Source: Eledone cirrhosa (Eukaryota). From it: a stretch of DNA of 64,000 nt. Every line of letters starts with the position of its first letter. Position 1 is the first letter of the stretch. Below are positions 12,631 through 26,705 of this stretch, piece after piece. The notes beneath the pieces were generated by a model, which saw only the letters and a list, made by a program, of their open reading frames with translations, was not told the DNA's origin and did not search any database. Location: NCBI GenBank assembly GCA_964016885.1, contig OZ024749.1:33728001-33792000 (forward strand), in the 5' to 3' direction. Position numbers and translations under genes: made by a program.

Positions 12631-15600
12631 GGCGTTGTTGGAAGTGTTGTTGGTGTTGGTGGTGGTGTTGGTGTTGGAGTTGCTGGTGGAGTTGGTGGCG
12701 TTGGTGGCGTTGTTGGAAGTGTTGTTGGTGTTGGAGGTGGTGTTGGAGTTGGAGTTGCTGGTGGAGTTTGTGTTATTGTTGGAGGTGGTGATGTTGGTGT
12801 TGTTGTTGTTGTTGGAGTTGGTGGCGTTGGTGGCGTTGTTGGAAGTGTTGTTGGTGTTGGTGGTGGTGTTGGTGTTGGAGTTGCTGGTGGAGTTGGTGGC
12901 GTTGGTGGCGTTGTTGGAAGTGTTGTTGGTGTTGGAGGTGGTGTTGGAGTTGGAGTTGCTGGTGGAGTTTGTGTTATTGTTGGAGGTGGTGATGTTGGTG
13001 TTGTTGTTGTTGTTGGAGTTGGTGGCGTTGGTGGCGTTGTTGGAAGTGTTGTTGGTGTTGGTGGTGGTGTTGGTGTTGGAGTTGCTGGTGGAGTTTGTGT
13101 TATTGTTGGAGGTGGTGATGTTGGTGTTGTTGTTGTTGTTGGAGTTGGTGGCGTTGGTGGCGTTGTTGGTGTTGGAGGTGGTGTTGGAGTTGGAGTTGCT
13201 GGTGGAGTTTGTGTTATTGTTGGAGGTGGTGATGTTGGTGTTGTTGTTGTTGTTGGAGTTGGTGGCGTTGGTGGCGTTGTTGGTGTTGGAGGTGGTGTTG
13301 GTGTTGGAGTTGCTGGTAGAGTTTGTGTTATTGTTGGAGGTGGTGATGTTGGTGTTGTTGTTGTTGTTGGAGTTGGTGGCGTTGGTGGCGTTGTTGGTGT
13401 TGGAGGTGGTGTTGGAGTTGGAGTTGCTGGTGGAGTTTGTGTTATTGTTGGAGGTGGTGATGTTGGTGTTGTTGTTGTTGTTGGAGTTGGTGGCGTTGGT
13501 GGCGTTGTTGGAAGTGTTGTTGGTGTTGGAGGTGGTGTTGGTGTTGGAGTTGCTGGTGGAGTTTGTGTTATTGTTGGAGGTGGTGATGTTGGTGTTGTTG
13601 TTGTTGTTGGAGTTGGTGGCGTTGGTGGCGTTGTTGGAAGTGTTGTTGGTGTTGGTGGTGGTGTTGGTGTTGGAGTTGCTGGTGGAGTTTGTGTTATTGT
13701 TGGAGGTGGTGATGTTGGTGTTGTTGTTGTTGTTGGAGTTGGTGGCGTTGGTGGCGTTGTTGGAAGTGTTGTTGGTGTTGGAGGTGGTGTTGGTGTTGGA
13801 GTTGCTGGTAGAGTTTGTGTTATTGTTGGAGGTGGTGATGTTGGTGTTGTTGTTGTTGTTGGAGTTGGTGGCGTTGGTGGCGTTGTTGGTGTTGGAGGTG
13901 GTGTTGGAGTTGGAGTTGCTGGTGGAGTTTGTGTTATTGTTGGAGGTGGTGGTGTTGGTGTTGTTGTTGTTGTTGGAGTTGGTGGCGTTGGTGGCGTTGT
14001 TGGAAGTGTTGTTGGTGTTGGAGGTGGTGTTGGAGTTGGAGTTGCTGGTGGAGTTTGTGTTATTGTTGGAGGTGGTGGTGTTGGTGTTGTTGTTGTTGTT
14101 GTTGGAGTTGGTGGCGTTGGTGGCGTTGTTGGAAGTGTCGTTGGTGTTGGAGGTGGTGTTGGAGTTGGAGTTGCTGGTGGAGTTTGTGTTATTGTTGGAG
14201 GTGGTGATGTTGGTGTTGTTGTTGTTGTTGGAGTTGGTGGCGTTGATGGCGTTGTTGGAAGTGTTGTTGGTGTTGGAGGTGGTGTTGGAGTTGGAGTTGC
14301 TGGTGGAGTTTGTGTTATTGTTGGAGGTGGTGATGTTGGTGTTGTTGTTGTTGTTGGAGTTGGTGGCGTTGATGGCGTTGTTGGAAGTGTTGTTGGTGTT
14401 GGAGGTGGTGTTGGAGTTGGAGTTGCTGGTGGAGTTTGTGTTATTGTTGGAGGTGGTGATGTTGGTGTTGTTGTTGTTGTTGTTGTTGTTGGAGTTGGTG
14501 GCGTTGGTGGCGTTGGTGGCGTTGTTGGAAGTGTTGTTGGTGTTGGAGGTGGTGTTGGAGTTTGTGTTATTGTTTGAGGTGGTGATGTTGGTGTTGTTGT
14601 TGTTGTTGGAGTTGGTGGCGTTGGTGGCGTTGTTGGAAGTGTTGTTGGTGTTGGAGGTGGTGTTGGAGTTGGAGTTGCTGGTGGAGTTTGTGTTATTGTT
14701 GGAGGTGGTGATGTTGGTGTTGTTGTTGTTGTTGGAGTTGGTGGCGTTGGTGGCGTTGTTGGAAGTGTTGTTGGTGTTGGAGGTGGTGTTGGAGTTGGAG
14801 TTGCTGGTGGAGTTTGTGTTATTGTTGGAGGTGGTGATGTTGGTGTTGTTGTTGTTGTTGTTGGAGTTGGTGGCGTTGGTGGCGTTGTTGGAAGTGTTGT
14901 TGGTGTTGGAGGTGGTGTTGGAGTTGGAGTTGCTGGTGGAGTTTGTGTTATTGTTGGAGGTGGTGATGTTGGTGTTGTTGTTGTTGTTGTTGGAGTTGGT
15001 GGCGTTGGTGGCGTTGTTGGGAGTGTTGTTGGTGTTGGAGGTGGTGTTGGAGTTGGAGTTGCTGGTGGAGTTTGTGTTATTGTTGGAGGTGGTGGTGTTG
15101 GTGTTGTTGTTGTTGTTGTTGGAGTTGGTGGCGTTGGTGGCGTTGTTGGAAGTGTCGTTGGTGTTGGAGGTGGTGTTGGAGTTGGAGTTGCTGGTGGAGT
15201 TTGTGTTATTGTTGGAGGTGGTGATGTTGGTGTTGTTGTTGTTGTTGGAGTTGGTGGCGTTGATGGCGTTGTTGGAAGTGTTGTTGGTGTTGGAGGTGGT
15301 GTTGGAGTTGGAGTTGCTGGTGGAGTTTGTGTTATTGTTGGAGGTGGTGATGTTGGTGTTGTTGTTGTTGTTGGAGTTGGTGGCGTTGGTGGCGTTGTTG
15401 GAAGTGTTGTTGGTGTTGGAGGTGGTGTTGGAGTTGGAGTTGCTGGTGGAGTTTGTGTTATTGTTGGAGGTGGTGATGTTGGTGTTGTTGTTGTTGTTGG
15501 AGTTGGTGGCGTTGGTGGCGTTGTTGGAAGTGTTGTTGGTGTTGGAGGTGGTGTTGGAGTTGGAGTTGCTGGTGGAGTTTGTGTTATTGTTGGAGGTGGT

Positions 15601-16250
15601 GATGTTGGTGTTGTTGTTGTTGTTGGAGTTGGTGGCGTTGATGGCGTTGTTGGAAGTGTTGTTGGTGTTGGAGGTGGTGTTGGAGTTGGAGTTGCTGGTG
15701 GAGTTTGTGTTATTGTTGGAGGTGGTGATGTTGGTGTTGTTGTTGTTGTTGGAGTTGGTGGCGTTGATGGCGTTGTTGGAAGTGTTGTTGGTGTTGGAGG
15801 TGGTGTTGGTGTTGGAGTTGCTGGTGGAGTTTGTGTTATTGTTGGAGGTGGTGATGTTGGTGTTGTTGTTGTTGTTGGAGTTGGTGGCGTTGATGGCGTT
15901 GTTGGAAGTGTTGTTGGTGTTGGAGGTGGTGTTGGAGTTGGAGTTGCTGGTGGAGTTTGTGTTATTGTTGGAGGTGGTGATGTTGGTGTTGTTGTTGTTG
16001 TTGTTGTTGTTGGAGTTGGTGGCGTTGGTGGCGTTGGTGGCGTTGTTGGAAGTGTTGTTGGTGTTGGAGGTGGTGTTGGAGTTGGAGTTGCTGGTGGAGT
16101 TTGTGTTATTGTTGGAGGTGGTGATGTTGGTGTTGTTGTTGTTGTTGTTGTTGTTGGAGTTGGTGGCGTTGGTGGCGTTGGTGGCGTTGTTGGAAGTGTT
16201 GTTGGTGTTGGAGGTGGTGTTGTTGGTGTTGTTGTTGTTGTTGGTGTTGT
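12631..16250. repeat. 126-bp triplet-phased GT-rich minisatellite, about 28 units
   Basis: Period 126 (e.g. 13501 to 13627). Length variants are multiples of 3. Flanked by (GGT)n/(ACC)n and (GAT)n microsatellites. Confidence 0.95.
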
Positions 16251-16713
16251 TTTCAATGCCGCCAATCCTTTCTACTTCTGTATTCTGACTTCCGGTTCAA
16301 TGTCATTGTTTTGGAACATTTTTGAATAATAAATATGCCAGAATGGTTTATATCAACAACAACATCAACTATAACAACAACAACATTGATAATAATGCTG
16401 GTGATAATGGTGATGATGATGACGACGATGATGGCGATGGTGATGATGATGATGTCGACGACCTTGATGGCGATGATGATGTTGGTGGTGGTGGTGGTGG
16501 TCGTCGCCATGATGGTGATGACGATGATGATGATAATGATGATGATGATGATGATGGTGGCAGTGGCGGCGGTGGTGGTGGTGGTGGTGGTCATGATGAT
16601 GATGGTGATGACGTTGATGATAATGATGATGATGATGATGATGATAATTATGATGATGATGATGGTTGTGGTGGTGATGATGATGATGTTGATGATGATA
16701 ATGGTTGAGGTGT

Positions 16714-16744
<31 letters not shown>

Positions 16745-16759
16745 GTTGAGGATAACAAC

Positions 16760-16792
<33 letters not shown>

Positions 16793-17067
16793 ACATTTCC
16801 TGACTCTATAGAAAGTGTATTTACTTGGCAGAACAAGAAACATAGGAAAAGGTGCGATATATACCTAAGGCAACTGGAGATATTTTGACATTTAACCCTC
16901 TAAATTACAACCGAAGAATAACGAAAAACCAACGAAATGAAAGAGAGAAAGTAATTGCAATAATACTAATAGTAAATATTTATGCACAAGTTAAATTTAA
17001 TAGAGTTATAACTTCGGATTTATAAAAAAATATTGTACACCTCGTTTTGAAAAGAAACAGCTGTAAA

Positions 17068-17342
17068 CTGCTGGATTTACCACTGTGCTTAGGTGTGCTT
17101 AAGCGCAGGGCCCCGTTGGCCATAAGGCCCCATCTTCCTGCCAACAATTATTTTTACGATGAATTGTTCAAATATTTGGGGTCTCAAAACTTAACTAGCA
17201 CAGGTGTGCTTAAACGCAGGGCCTCGTTGGCCAGAAGGCCCCATCTTCCTGCCAACAATTTATTTTACGATGAATTGTTCAAATGTTTGGGGTCTCAAAA
17301 CTTAACTAGCACAGGGCCTCATTTGTCGTAAATCCGGCACTG
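17068..17342. mobile_element. hAT-like MITE
   Basis: Right TIR taaatccggcactg, degraded left TIR ctgctggattta, 8-bp TSD gctgtaaa/cctgtaaa, internal ~121-bp tandem duplication. Confidence 0.7.
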
Positions 17343-17872
17343 CCTGTAAACGTAGTTACATTCGTAACTCCTGTAGCTCTTCTATGTATAGCAGTGTCTT
17401 ACAACACAAGTGGTTTGTATAAAACCTAAGGAGGGACTAGTAAAGGAACGAAATAGTTACTTAACGCAATACCGAAAAAAGACTCGCTTGAAAAAGTAAT
17501 GAAAATACATTTAGCATATTCTACTCGTCGAACATATGTTATATTATATTAAATTATTACGTCCGATCCATTTGTCATCACGATATATAAAGGTTGTCAA
17601 AGGTTATTTATCCCTTTCATGTTATGCAAGTATCACTACTGCCTCACAGCCACCAGAAGAGAGTATAAGAATTTTGATGAGTGATGGGCCTTTTCGAAAC
17701 TGGAAATATATCGATTAGTAAGTTCGATCTCTTTACATAGTTGATTGTGTCCCTGAGATTTAACCAAGGTGTCTTTTTTTTTTTTCAAGGCGAGGCAAAG
17801 CATATTTATTAAACATATGATTGCATTATAGTTAACAATTTTAATCTCATAGACCCCATGCCAGTACTACAG

Positions 17873-17926
<54 letters not shown>

Positions 17927-17944
17927 CATTTATGTATATATATA

Positions 17945-18115
17945 TAGGAGGAGAAGGTTCAGTAATTTCGTAGAAAACTGGTAAGGGAAGCAAAGTCAGC
18001 ACTCAATGCTAGAGCAGAGTGTATATAATAAGAACAAAGGGGAGGTGTTACATCAAAGAATTTATTGATCATTTGAATTCTTGATGTAACAACTCCTCTT
18101 TGTTCTTATTACATA
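17945..18115. mobile_element. (TA)n-embedded fold-back insertion
   Basis: About 18022-18062 is inverted at about 18075-18115. Similar to 56480-56560. Confidence 0.65.
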
Positions 18116-18117
18116 TA

Positions 18118-18187
<70 letters not shown>

Positions 18188-18188
<1 letters not shown>

Positions 18189-18276
18189 CGAAGGAAATGT
18201 GGTAGTAGAGTGGGTAATAGGAACGAGTAGGACCCCGACGGGTGAGCTCAAGCCGTTTCGACGGCTAATTCTGGAC
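18188..18276 (-). mobile_element. Family F copy, internally deleted, no inverted arm
   Basis: Deletion between two ggta motifs. Ends at the same ctggac boundary as the other copies. Confidence 0.85.
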
Positions 18277-18314
18277 TAAATAAAAATTATATATATTATA
18301 TATATATATATAAT

Positions 18315-18364
<50 letters not shown>

Positions 18365-18682
18365 GAAAAGTATAGAAATTATTGTAGCAAGAAGCCAACA
18401 GTATTCCATAATATATAAGTGACTATAGCATCAAAATGGAAAAATAGTTAACGTAAGATGTGGGAAAATAATTCAAACTCAATTAAAAAAGAATCAGGAT
18501 ATAGATTCATCCACATAATTTGGTGAAATCCAGGGAAAAAATCAATAGAGCCTTAACTCAGAATAAAATAAAGTTTAAAATACTCATCCTTCAATTTGGA
18601 AAAACTACAAATGCTCTGTATAGTCTAAAAGACTATTTCACGAAACTTTCAGTGGGGATGGTCACGGTTGGAATCGATCATC

Positions 18683-18714
<32 letters not shown>

Positions 18715-19904
18715 TGTGTGGGGGGGGGCGTATGTGTGCGTGTGCGCGTATGTGTGTGTGTGTGTGTGTGTATTAAAATATCGATTAATACGGGATGTAA
18801 TTAATCATATTGTCTAACAAAAGTATATGGTAATCAAAGTGATAGATATAGTTACTATTAGAACCTAAAGTCAGCTCTACCAATATAACATCTTTTCTCT
18901 CACATCTTATACCATTGTTCCTGTATAATTCGTACAAACACGCATAATTGTTCCTACTTTTGGCACAAGGCCAGCAATTATTCCAGTGTATTACTGCTAC
19001 TTTATTTTATCGACCCCGTAAAGATGAAAGGCAAAGTTTACCTCGGCGGGATTTGAACACGCATAATGTGGTTACGCCGGACTCGGCAATACCTTGCCTT
19101 TACATTTATGTATATATATATATATATATATATAGTTAATTATGCTATATATATATATATATAGTTAATTATGCTAATTCGGAGAGGAAATAGTATATAT
19201 TTTATCTTGTGATTCTATAGACATGTTTTATGATATATATATATATATGTATATATGCACTCACACACACACACACACACATATATTTATATATATAAAA
19301 TGTTCTCTTGTGTTCTAGTCCTGTAAAATTACTACTACTATTTATACAGCTTCTGCTGCTTTTGTTACTCTGTATTTATATGTGATTGTATGTAAGCCTG
19401 TGTCAGAGTGTTTGTTAATAGATTAAAAGCTATAATATCGGATTTCAAATTTATATTCTTAAATGAATAAATTTCAATAATAAATCCATCACATTATGTA
19501 CGCGGAATTGAATGCTAATCTAAAATAATTTTAAAGAATGTATTTATGCATGCAATACTGTTGCGATTATGCGTGAGAAGCAAACCAATATTTACAGTTT
19601 TTAATAGGAAAGGAATTATGTTTACATTTTTCAAATAATTTTCTGGTGACTGACTTCTTTTTGTGATTATATTTTTGTTTCAGTGTGGTCGATTGGCAGA
19701 ATTGGTAGAGTGCCGTTCATATATTTAGCAATATTTATTTCAGCCATGTACGTTCTATATTCAATGGTAAAGTCATTAGAAATTCGGATAGACTGCTTTA
19801 TAGTATTCGTTCCGGATCTCTGCTCTCTGAGTTCAAATCCCACCGAGGAGAATATCAATCTAATAATGGGGTTGCCTTGATTTGATTAAACAACTGGTAT
19901 ATTG

Positions 19905-20175
19905 TGAAGGCGTGTGGCCTAATGACAAGGGCGTTGGACTTACGATTATAATGTCGTGGGTTCGATTCCTGGGCTGGGTTGCCTGTTGTGTTCTTGAGAA
20001 AAATAATTCATTTCACATTGCTCCAGTATACTCAGCGGAAAAGTAGTACCTGCAATAGATGGAGGTTTAACCCTGCGAGGGACTAGTGTCCTGTCCAGTG
20101 GGGGTTGTACTCTCAGTTGCTTCACGCCATGAAACCGGGATAAGCACTGGGTTAACCAGCCTCCTGGCTGGAGAC
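19905..20175 (+). mobile_element. tRNA-derived SINE family 2
   Basis: Head tgaaggcgtgtggcctaatg...ggttcgattcc (A/B boxes) and body accctgcgagggactag...gaaaccgggataagc. The head is also at 41415-41536 (-). Confidence 0.75.
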
Positions 20176-20857
20176 AAACATAGATCTTAGACTCGTGTAT
20201 CCACAGAACAAAAAAACAAGAAAATGTGCCCCAAATCCATTGTCATCACGTGATTGTATTCGCGTGGAGGCTCACGATTGGCAGAGTTGTTAAATGCGTC
20301 GGGATAAATATCGTGATGTATTTATTTTATTCGGCTCTTTACGTTCTGCTTTCAAATCATATCGAGATCCACCTTGTCTTTCATCCTACGGGGTCTATAA
20401 GATAATATACCAGTCAAGTACTGGGGTTGATTTAATAAAAATTGACATTGCCCCCCCTCCCCCCCCAAAAAAAAACTACCTTCGTGTCTGAACAGGAAAT
20501 GAAAATAAAGTCCCAGACATATCCTGGGGCCTTTATAATCAACTTTGACCTGTCACTGAATTGCTGATCATGTAGATGTGTGTTCTGTATGAAAGAAATT
20601 GTGAAAGAATGCGTCATTCTTCAATGAAATTTTGCAATGTGGGAAAAATTGGAATTAGTTCGATAAGGACAGATGTAGTATCGATTTAGGATTTGTTCAA
20701 ACTCCTCAATATAATGTCAAATATATCAAATATGACATCAAATTTCGTAATTTTTTTTTAGATTTGGAAATATCCAACAAGCATAGAAATTATGTCGATA
20801 TATACGCATATATATATATATATACAAACATATATACATAATAATGTATACATATTC

Positions 20858-20946
<89 letters not shown>

Positions 20947-20992
20947 ATAATGCGGCATACAGTATAAGGCGGCATACAGTATAATGCACATT

Positions 20993-21042
<50 letters not shown>

Positions 21043-21045
<3 letters not shown>

Positions 21046-21289
21046 TAAATCATGTCTTTAGAATTATTAGATAAAATATATACCGTTTCTTCTTCCAATT
21101 AGCATAATTAACCATATAAAAAATCAATTAGACCAAGCTATAAGAAGAAAGGCTCTTATATATTTTATCTAATAATTCTAAAGACATGATTATGATATAT
21201 TGCTCTGATTATTTAATTTATTAATTCTTCATAGAGCTTAAAAGTGACCGGTTGCAACATATATATCTATAACTTTATGTATATGTAAA

Positions 21290-21295
<6 letters not shown>
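21043..21295. mobile_element. (TA)n-embedded fold-back insertion
   Basis: tcataaatcatgtctttagaattattagataaaatatata is inverted at about 21157-21196. Confidence 0.65.
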
Positions 21296-21331
<36 letters not shown>

Positions 21332-21556
21332 TGTGCATTATACTGTATGCCGCCTAGCCTAGTTCAATTATCACTACTGCCACTACTGCTATCGCCACTA
21401 GCACCACTACCCCCTCATATTTAACTGTATTGACTATACAGCCTTGACAATTGTTTTTTTCTGTAGACAAATCCATCTCCCACTACTGCCGTATTGTAAG
21501 GTTGCCCATCATGTAACCCCCTACTGCTAAAGCACCTTCAAATGACCAAGATTTTT

Positions 21557-21842
21557 GTTTGGTTTGGATTGGTTTTCGCTTCTGTATATTTTATATCCCT
21601 GTAGTTACTTTAGCTATAGTTATTTATATCTATATTTTTAACCGTTGGTCAATCAATGATAATCATTGATTGCCAGTTAAATTAACTACAGGGATATAAC
21701 ATATACAGAAGTGAAAAGCAATCCAAACCAAACAGTGAGTGTGCTTTATTATTATTTCTGGCAATATTATTACAATATTACCCTCCCCAAATATAACAAT
21801 ATTTGTTTCAACACACAATTTCATATCGAAAACCTTGCAAAA
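21557..21842 (+). mobile_element. PLE 3' end with inverted 5' arm
   Basis: 21557-21610 is inverted at 21683-21734, with apex caatcaatgataatcattgattg. The 3' part is homologous to 33990-34083 and to 32562-32660 (-). Confidence 0.75.
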
Positions 21843-21843
21843 C

Positions 21844-21874
<31 letters not shown>

Positions 21875-21887
21875 CATATATATATAT

Positions 21888-21975
<88 letters not shown>

Positions 21976-22002
21976 ATGTATATATATATACATATATATA
22001 TT

Positions 22003-22034
<32 letters not shown>

Positions 22035-22082
22035 CATATATATATTTATATATATATATATATGTATATATATATACATACA

Positions 22083-22162
<80 letters not shown>

Positions 22163-22164
<2 letters not shown>

Positions 22165-22357
22165 AACGAGTAGGACCCCGATGGCTGAGCTCAAGCCGTT
22201 TCGACGGCTAATTCTGGACTTGTCCAGAATTAGCCGTCGAAACGGCTTGAGCTCAGCCGTCGGGGTCCTACTCGTTCCTATTACCCACTCTACTACCCTA
22301 ACTATTGAGTACTTTGGTGCGTTATGGTCCACCTGGTTCCTTACCACATTTCCTCCG

Positions 22358-22359
<2 letters not shown>
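22163..22359 (+). mobile_element. Family F copy with near-perfect hairpin
   Basis: About 57-bp arms around a 'tt' apex, with (TA)n on both sides. Confidence 0.9.
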
Positions 22360-22417
<58 letters not shown>

Positions 22418-22651
22418 ATAGCTAATAAGCTTGACACTAGTACAGCGTTCCTTTGTCAGTGTTGAACAAACGAGCAACGATGGTTGATAGACACTACGGC
22501 TTAATACGGGATGTTTGTTTACAAACACACCGAGTATTATAATAAATGTTCGGTGAATCCATTCGTACATATATATATATATCTGCATGTATGTATATAT
22601 ATATACATACTACTGTACGTCTGTATACATATATGTATGTACATATACATA

Positions 22652-22743
<92 letters not shown>

Positions 22744-22748
<5 letters not shown>

Positions 22749-23930
22749 ATACATTGGGAGGGTCATGTTGCCAATAAGAAACACATGCACCAGTTGCTTT
22801 CACTTCAATTTATTATAATAAATTTATAAATTTAGGAATTTATAAATTTCTGGTTGGTTGGTTGGTTCCACAACCAGATGGTTGTTTATATATTGTCAAA
22901 GTTCTTTCGTCACACATTCTGTGACCTCTTCAATGACTGGGGATTCTTTTCTTTGTTTTTTGTGCCTCTCCTTTGTTCTGTCCTACGCCATCTTGTTTTT
23001 GTGTGTGTGTTGCGTGCTTAGTTTGCGCATATGTTACATCCGGGTGTCTGTGTGTGTTTATATTCGTTTATTTATTTGTTTATTTACATGTTACTGGTTG
23101 GTTGTTTGTTCTATATGCGTGTGTGTTTTCATTTTGTCCTTAATTGTAAGTTGTGATGTTGCTGTTCCACTCATGTTTTCTATTTAATTTTGGTTGTAAT
23201 TCATTTATGTTTATTGCCTCTGTGATTTGTCTAAACATTGCGCCTTTTCTGTGTGTAGATTCTATTTTTATTTCTATGTTCTCTAATTTACCCTTATGTT
23301 CTATTTTAGCATGTTGGTAGAGTACAGGTGATTCTTTACTATCTTGAAGGTCTCGCCAGTGTTCATTTATCCGTTCCCCTATACTACGAGCTGTCTCACC
23401 TATGTACACTATATTTTGTCCTTCAGTACATCTTATGCTATATACAACATTTCTAGTTTTACAGTTAATATGGGGGCTTAATTATTATACATTTCTTATC
23501 TATACAGGGAGGTCTTTGAAAAGGGTATGTATTGCTAATAAGTGTTTTTACTATCTTAATATTGAGTTCATGTTTATCTTGGGCCCTTCTAAATTTGTAA
23601 GCTAATTCACCTCTAGGGGTTGTATCGATGAACATTACACTCTGGTATTTATTGCTATCATACCATGAGTTTATTCTATTAGCCTTATTCCTAGTTCTTT
23701 CTATTCTATTCTAAAATTTGCTCCTATACAAGGGGCAGGTCCCATTTGTGTCATTATTTACCATTTTTTTCCCCATTTGGTTCTGGCTCCTCTATACACT
23801 CTGATTTTATCTCTCTGATTGTAACCAGGGAACTGCATACGGTGGATGAAGTGTTGTATGTGTCTCTCTAGTTCTTCGGGGTTGCACATGCGGGACACGT
23901 TTCTCATCACCCGTACCAAATCCACAACAT
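22744..23930 (-). pseudogene. 5'-truncated Penelope-like retroelement (RT thumb, GIY-YIG endonuclease, 3' pLTR)
   Basis: LVRVMRNVS...[11 protein letters not shown] (thumb), then NCKTRNVVYSIRC...YIGETARSIGERINEH...RQITEA...LNRKHEW. Frameshifted. Ends in (TA)n. Confidence 0.88.
22895..22937 (-). ncRNA. Minimal type I hammerhead-like motif in PLE pLTR
   Basis: gtca-TTGAAGA-ggtcacagaatgtgtgac-GAAA-gaac-TT-tgac. The homolog at 36245-36287 has core CTGAGGA. Confidence 0.7.
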
Positions 23931-24053
23931 TGTTTCCTCGGTCCGATTTGACGAAAGTCGATAGATCCTTTCCTATATATATATATCTATATATATGTAT
24001 ATACATATATATATACGTATATATTCACACACACATACATATATGTGTATATA

Positions 24054-24119
<66 letters not shown>

Positions 24120-24210
24120 CACATATATATATGTGTGTGTATGTATATATATAAATATATATACACACATACATAATTACTGCCTGTAAATATATATATA
24201 TATATGTGTA

Positions 24211-24250
<40 letters not shown>

Positions 24251-24315
24251 CACATATATATATGTGTGTGTATATATATATATATATACACACATACATA
24301 CATAATTACTGCCTG

Positions 24316-24348
<33 letters not shown>

Positions 24349-24581
24349 ATGAACGTAAAGTGTTGAATTTTCTAAACTGACATTGCTAATGATGCGAAGA
24401 TAACACTTTAGAAATCTTGTTTACTAATTTCACGAAAAGCCGTTAATGTCAACCAACTGGCAGACATGAGTCATTTTAATATCTATGTAGCATCCTTGTT
24501 TCAGCATTTGTTCTTAGTCTTTCTTAAAATCTCTACGCGTGTCTCTGAATAATAGTTGCATACTTGCGTGTTTTAAGTATA

Positions 24582-24979
24582 ATAATTGTTTCTACTTTTT
24601 GGCACAAGGCCAGCAATAACCCAGTACATTACTGGTACTTGATTTTACCGACTCCGTAAGGATGAAGGGCAAAGTTAACCTAGGAGGGATTTGAACTCAG
24701 AATGGCAAGGGCCGTAACTCTATGCGTCAAAGCATGGCGTTCGACCCTCTACCGACACTGCCAATCCACCGCCCCCTTGCCAATCCACCGCCCCTTAGTA
24801 ATAATTGATTCTACTTTAGGCACAAGGCCAGCAAAATACCCAGTGCATTACTGGTACATTATTTTATCGACCCCGTAAGGATGAAAGGCAAAGTCAACCT
24901 CGGCGGGATTTGAACTCAGATCGTAAAGGGACGTAACTATGCTGGAAAGCATGGCGTCCGACCCTCTACCGATACTGCC
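24582..24979 (-). mobile_element. Two tandem family 1 SINEs
   Basis: Copies at about 24582-24776 and 24800-24979. Confidence 0.9.
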
Positions 24980-25459
24980 TAGTAATAATGCATGTACGTA
25001 TTATGTGCACACACAAGCACACATTCACATACACACTCACATACACACACGCACACACACACACACATACATATATATGTGTGTGTGTGTGTATGTATGT
25101 ATGTAAGTATGTATGTTTGTGTGTATATATATATATATATATAAAGGAATTACCTGCTCCTCTGTTATTATGGCCGCCGGGCTTAAACCCAATGGCTTGG
25201 TTTAACTTGTTCTAATTTCTCTTCGGTTACTCACATACATGTTTCATTGTCCTGTGTTCTCCCTTCTATCGGTAGGTTTACTTCGTTTTTTTTTTCCTTT
25301 TTTTCTTCTTCGCTTTTTTTTTTATTTCTTTCTCTCTCTTCGATATCACTTCTTTCCCTCATGACTTTGTAATAGATAAAAGTTTATGGGCGTGCTATGG
25401 ATCGATGTTTTGTTTATAATGCGCCTAAACATCTATGATCCGTATATATATATATATCC

Positions 25460-25556
<97 letters not shown>

Positions 25557-25859
25557 TATATATATATATATATATCCGTATATATATATATATATATAAG
25601 CAAGTATTGACTATTTTAGCGAGTTTCCCCTTGCTCTCCTCTAGGTTAAATATTTCTCTTTTCTATCTGCAGGGACCAAATGGTGGCTTACACGTCTGGG
25701 AGGTAGAGTAGTCAAACGTGAGGTGGGGGCGATGATACCGGGGTGAGGGTTGAAGTGTTGTCATGGTAACCTTTCATTGAATGTTTCGTAATGTTAACGT
25801 TTGCCAAAAGTAAACAGATACAATATACAAGAGACTACGAAGATAAATTTTTCACGCAG

Positions 25860-25942
<83 letters not shown>

Positions 25943-26073
25943 CCGTTTTACGTGTGTTGTGTTGAGGCAAATAACTATGTGTATACTCTGGTAATGTATC
26001 TTACATTGCCCATTGAGTGCGCTGAGATATAACCGGTACTGGCATTGATAAATATGCTGGGTCTGTCAACCCT

Positions 26074-26125
<52 letters not shown>

Positions 26126-26705
26126 GTATGTATATATATATATATGAATGTATACATACATACATACATATATATATATATACATATATATATAAACTTG
26201 CAATTTTATATATATATATATATTTATTTATATTTGTGTATTAGAGAGAGAGAGACAGAGTGTGTGTGTGTGTGTGTGTGTGTGCGTGTGCGTGTGTGTG
26301 TGCTTGCGTGTGTGTGTGTGTGTGTGAATGCCTGTGGGTGTTTGCTTAATGCATTTTTTACAATTACATCTGGCGAAACTTTATCTTTATCAGTTACAAC
26401 TTTACGTAATGTAACAAAGCTATAACAACAACGCTAATATTCATACAGAAATATTTTCAAATGAAATACTATTCTTCAGTACAGTGCCAGCTTGAAGCTA
26501 TCATTTACTCATTAGCCAGAGTCGAATATACATAAATAATTGTTTCTACGTTAGGCACAAGGCCAGCAATTATCCAGTGTATTACTGGTATTTTATTTTA
26601 TGGACCCGTAAGGATGAAAAGCAAAGTTAACCTCGTCGGGATTTGAACTCGAAAATACATAAATAATGTGGAAAAATCGTGTTTTGTTTAACGTTTATAG
26701 AGATA

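Noticed and set aside
22219-22260. Complete hammerhead within family F (gtcGAAAcggctt)
   Set aside because: No CUGANGA-like core upstream in any copy. Only gccgt/acggc hairpins are seen, so a ribozyme cannot be claimed.
25650-25770. Candidate exon after ttttctatctgcag
   Set aside because: Lies within a (TA)n island, has no recognisable reading frame and no supporting neighbouring exons.
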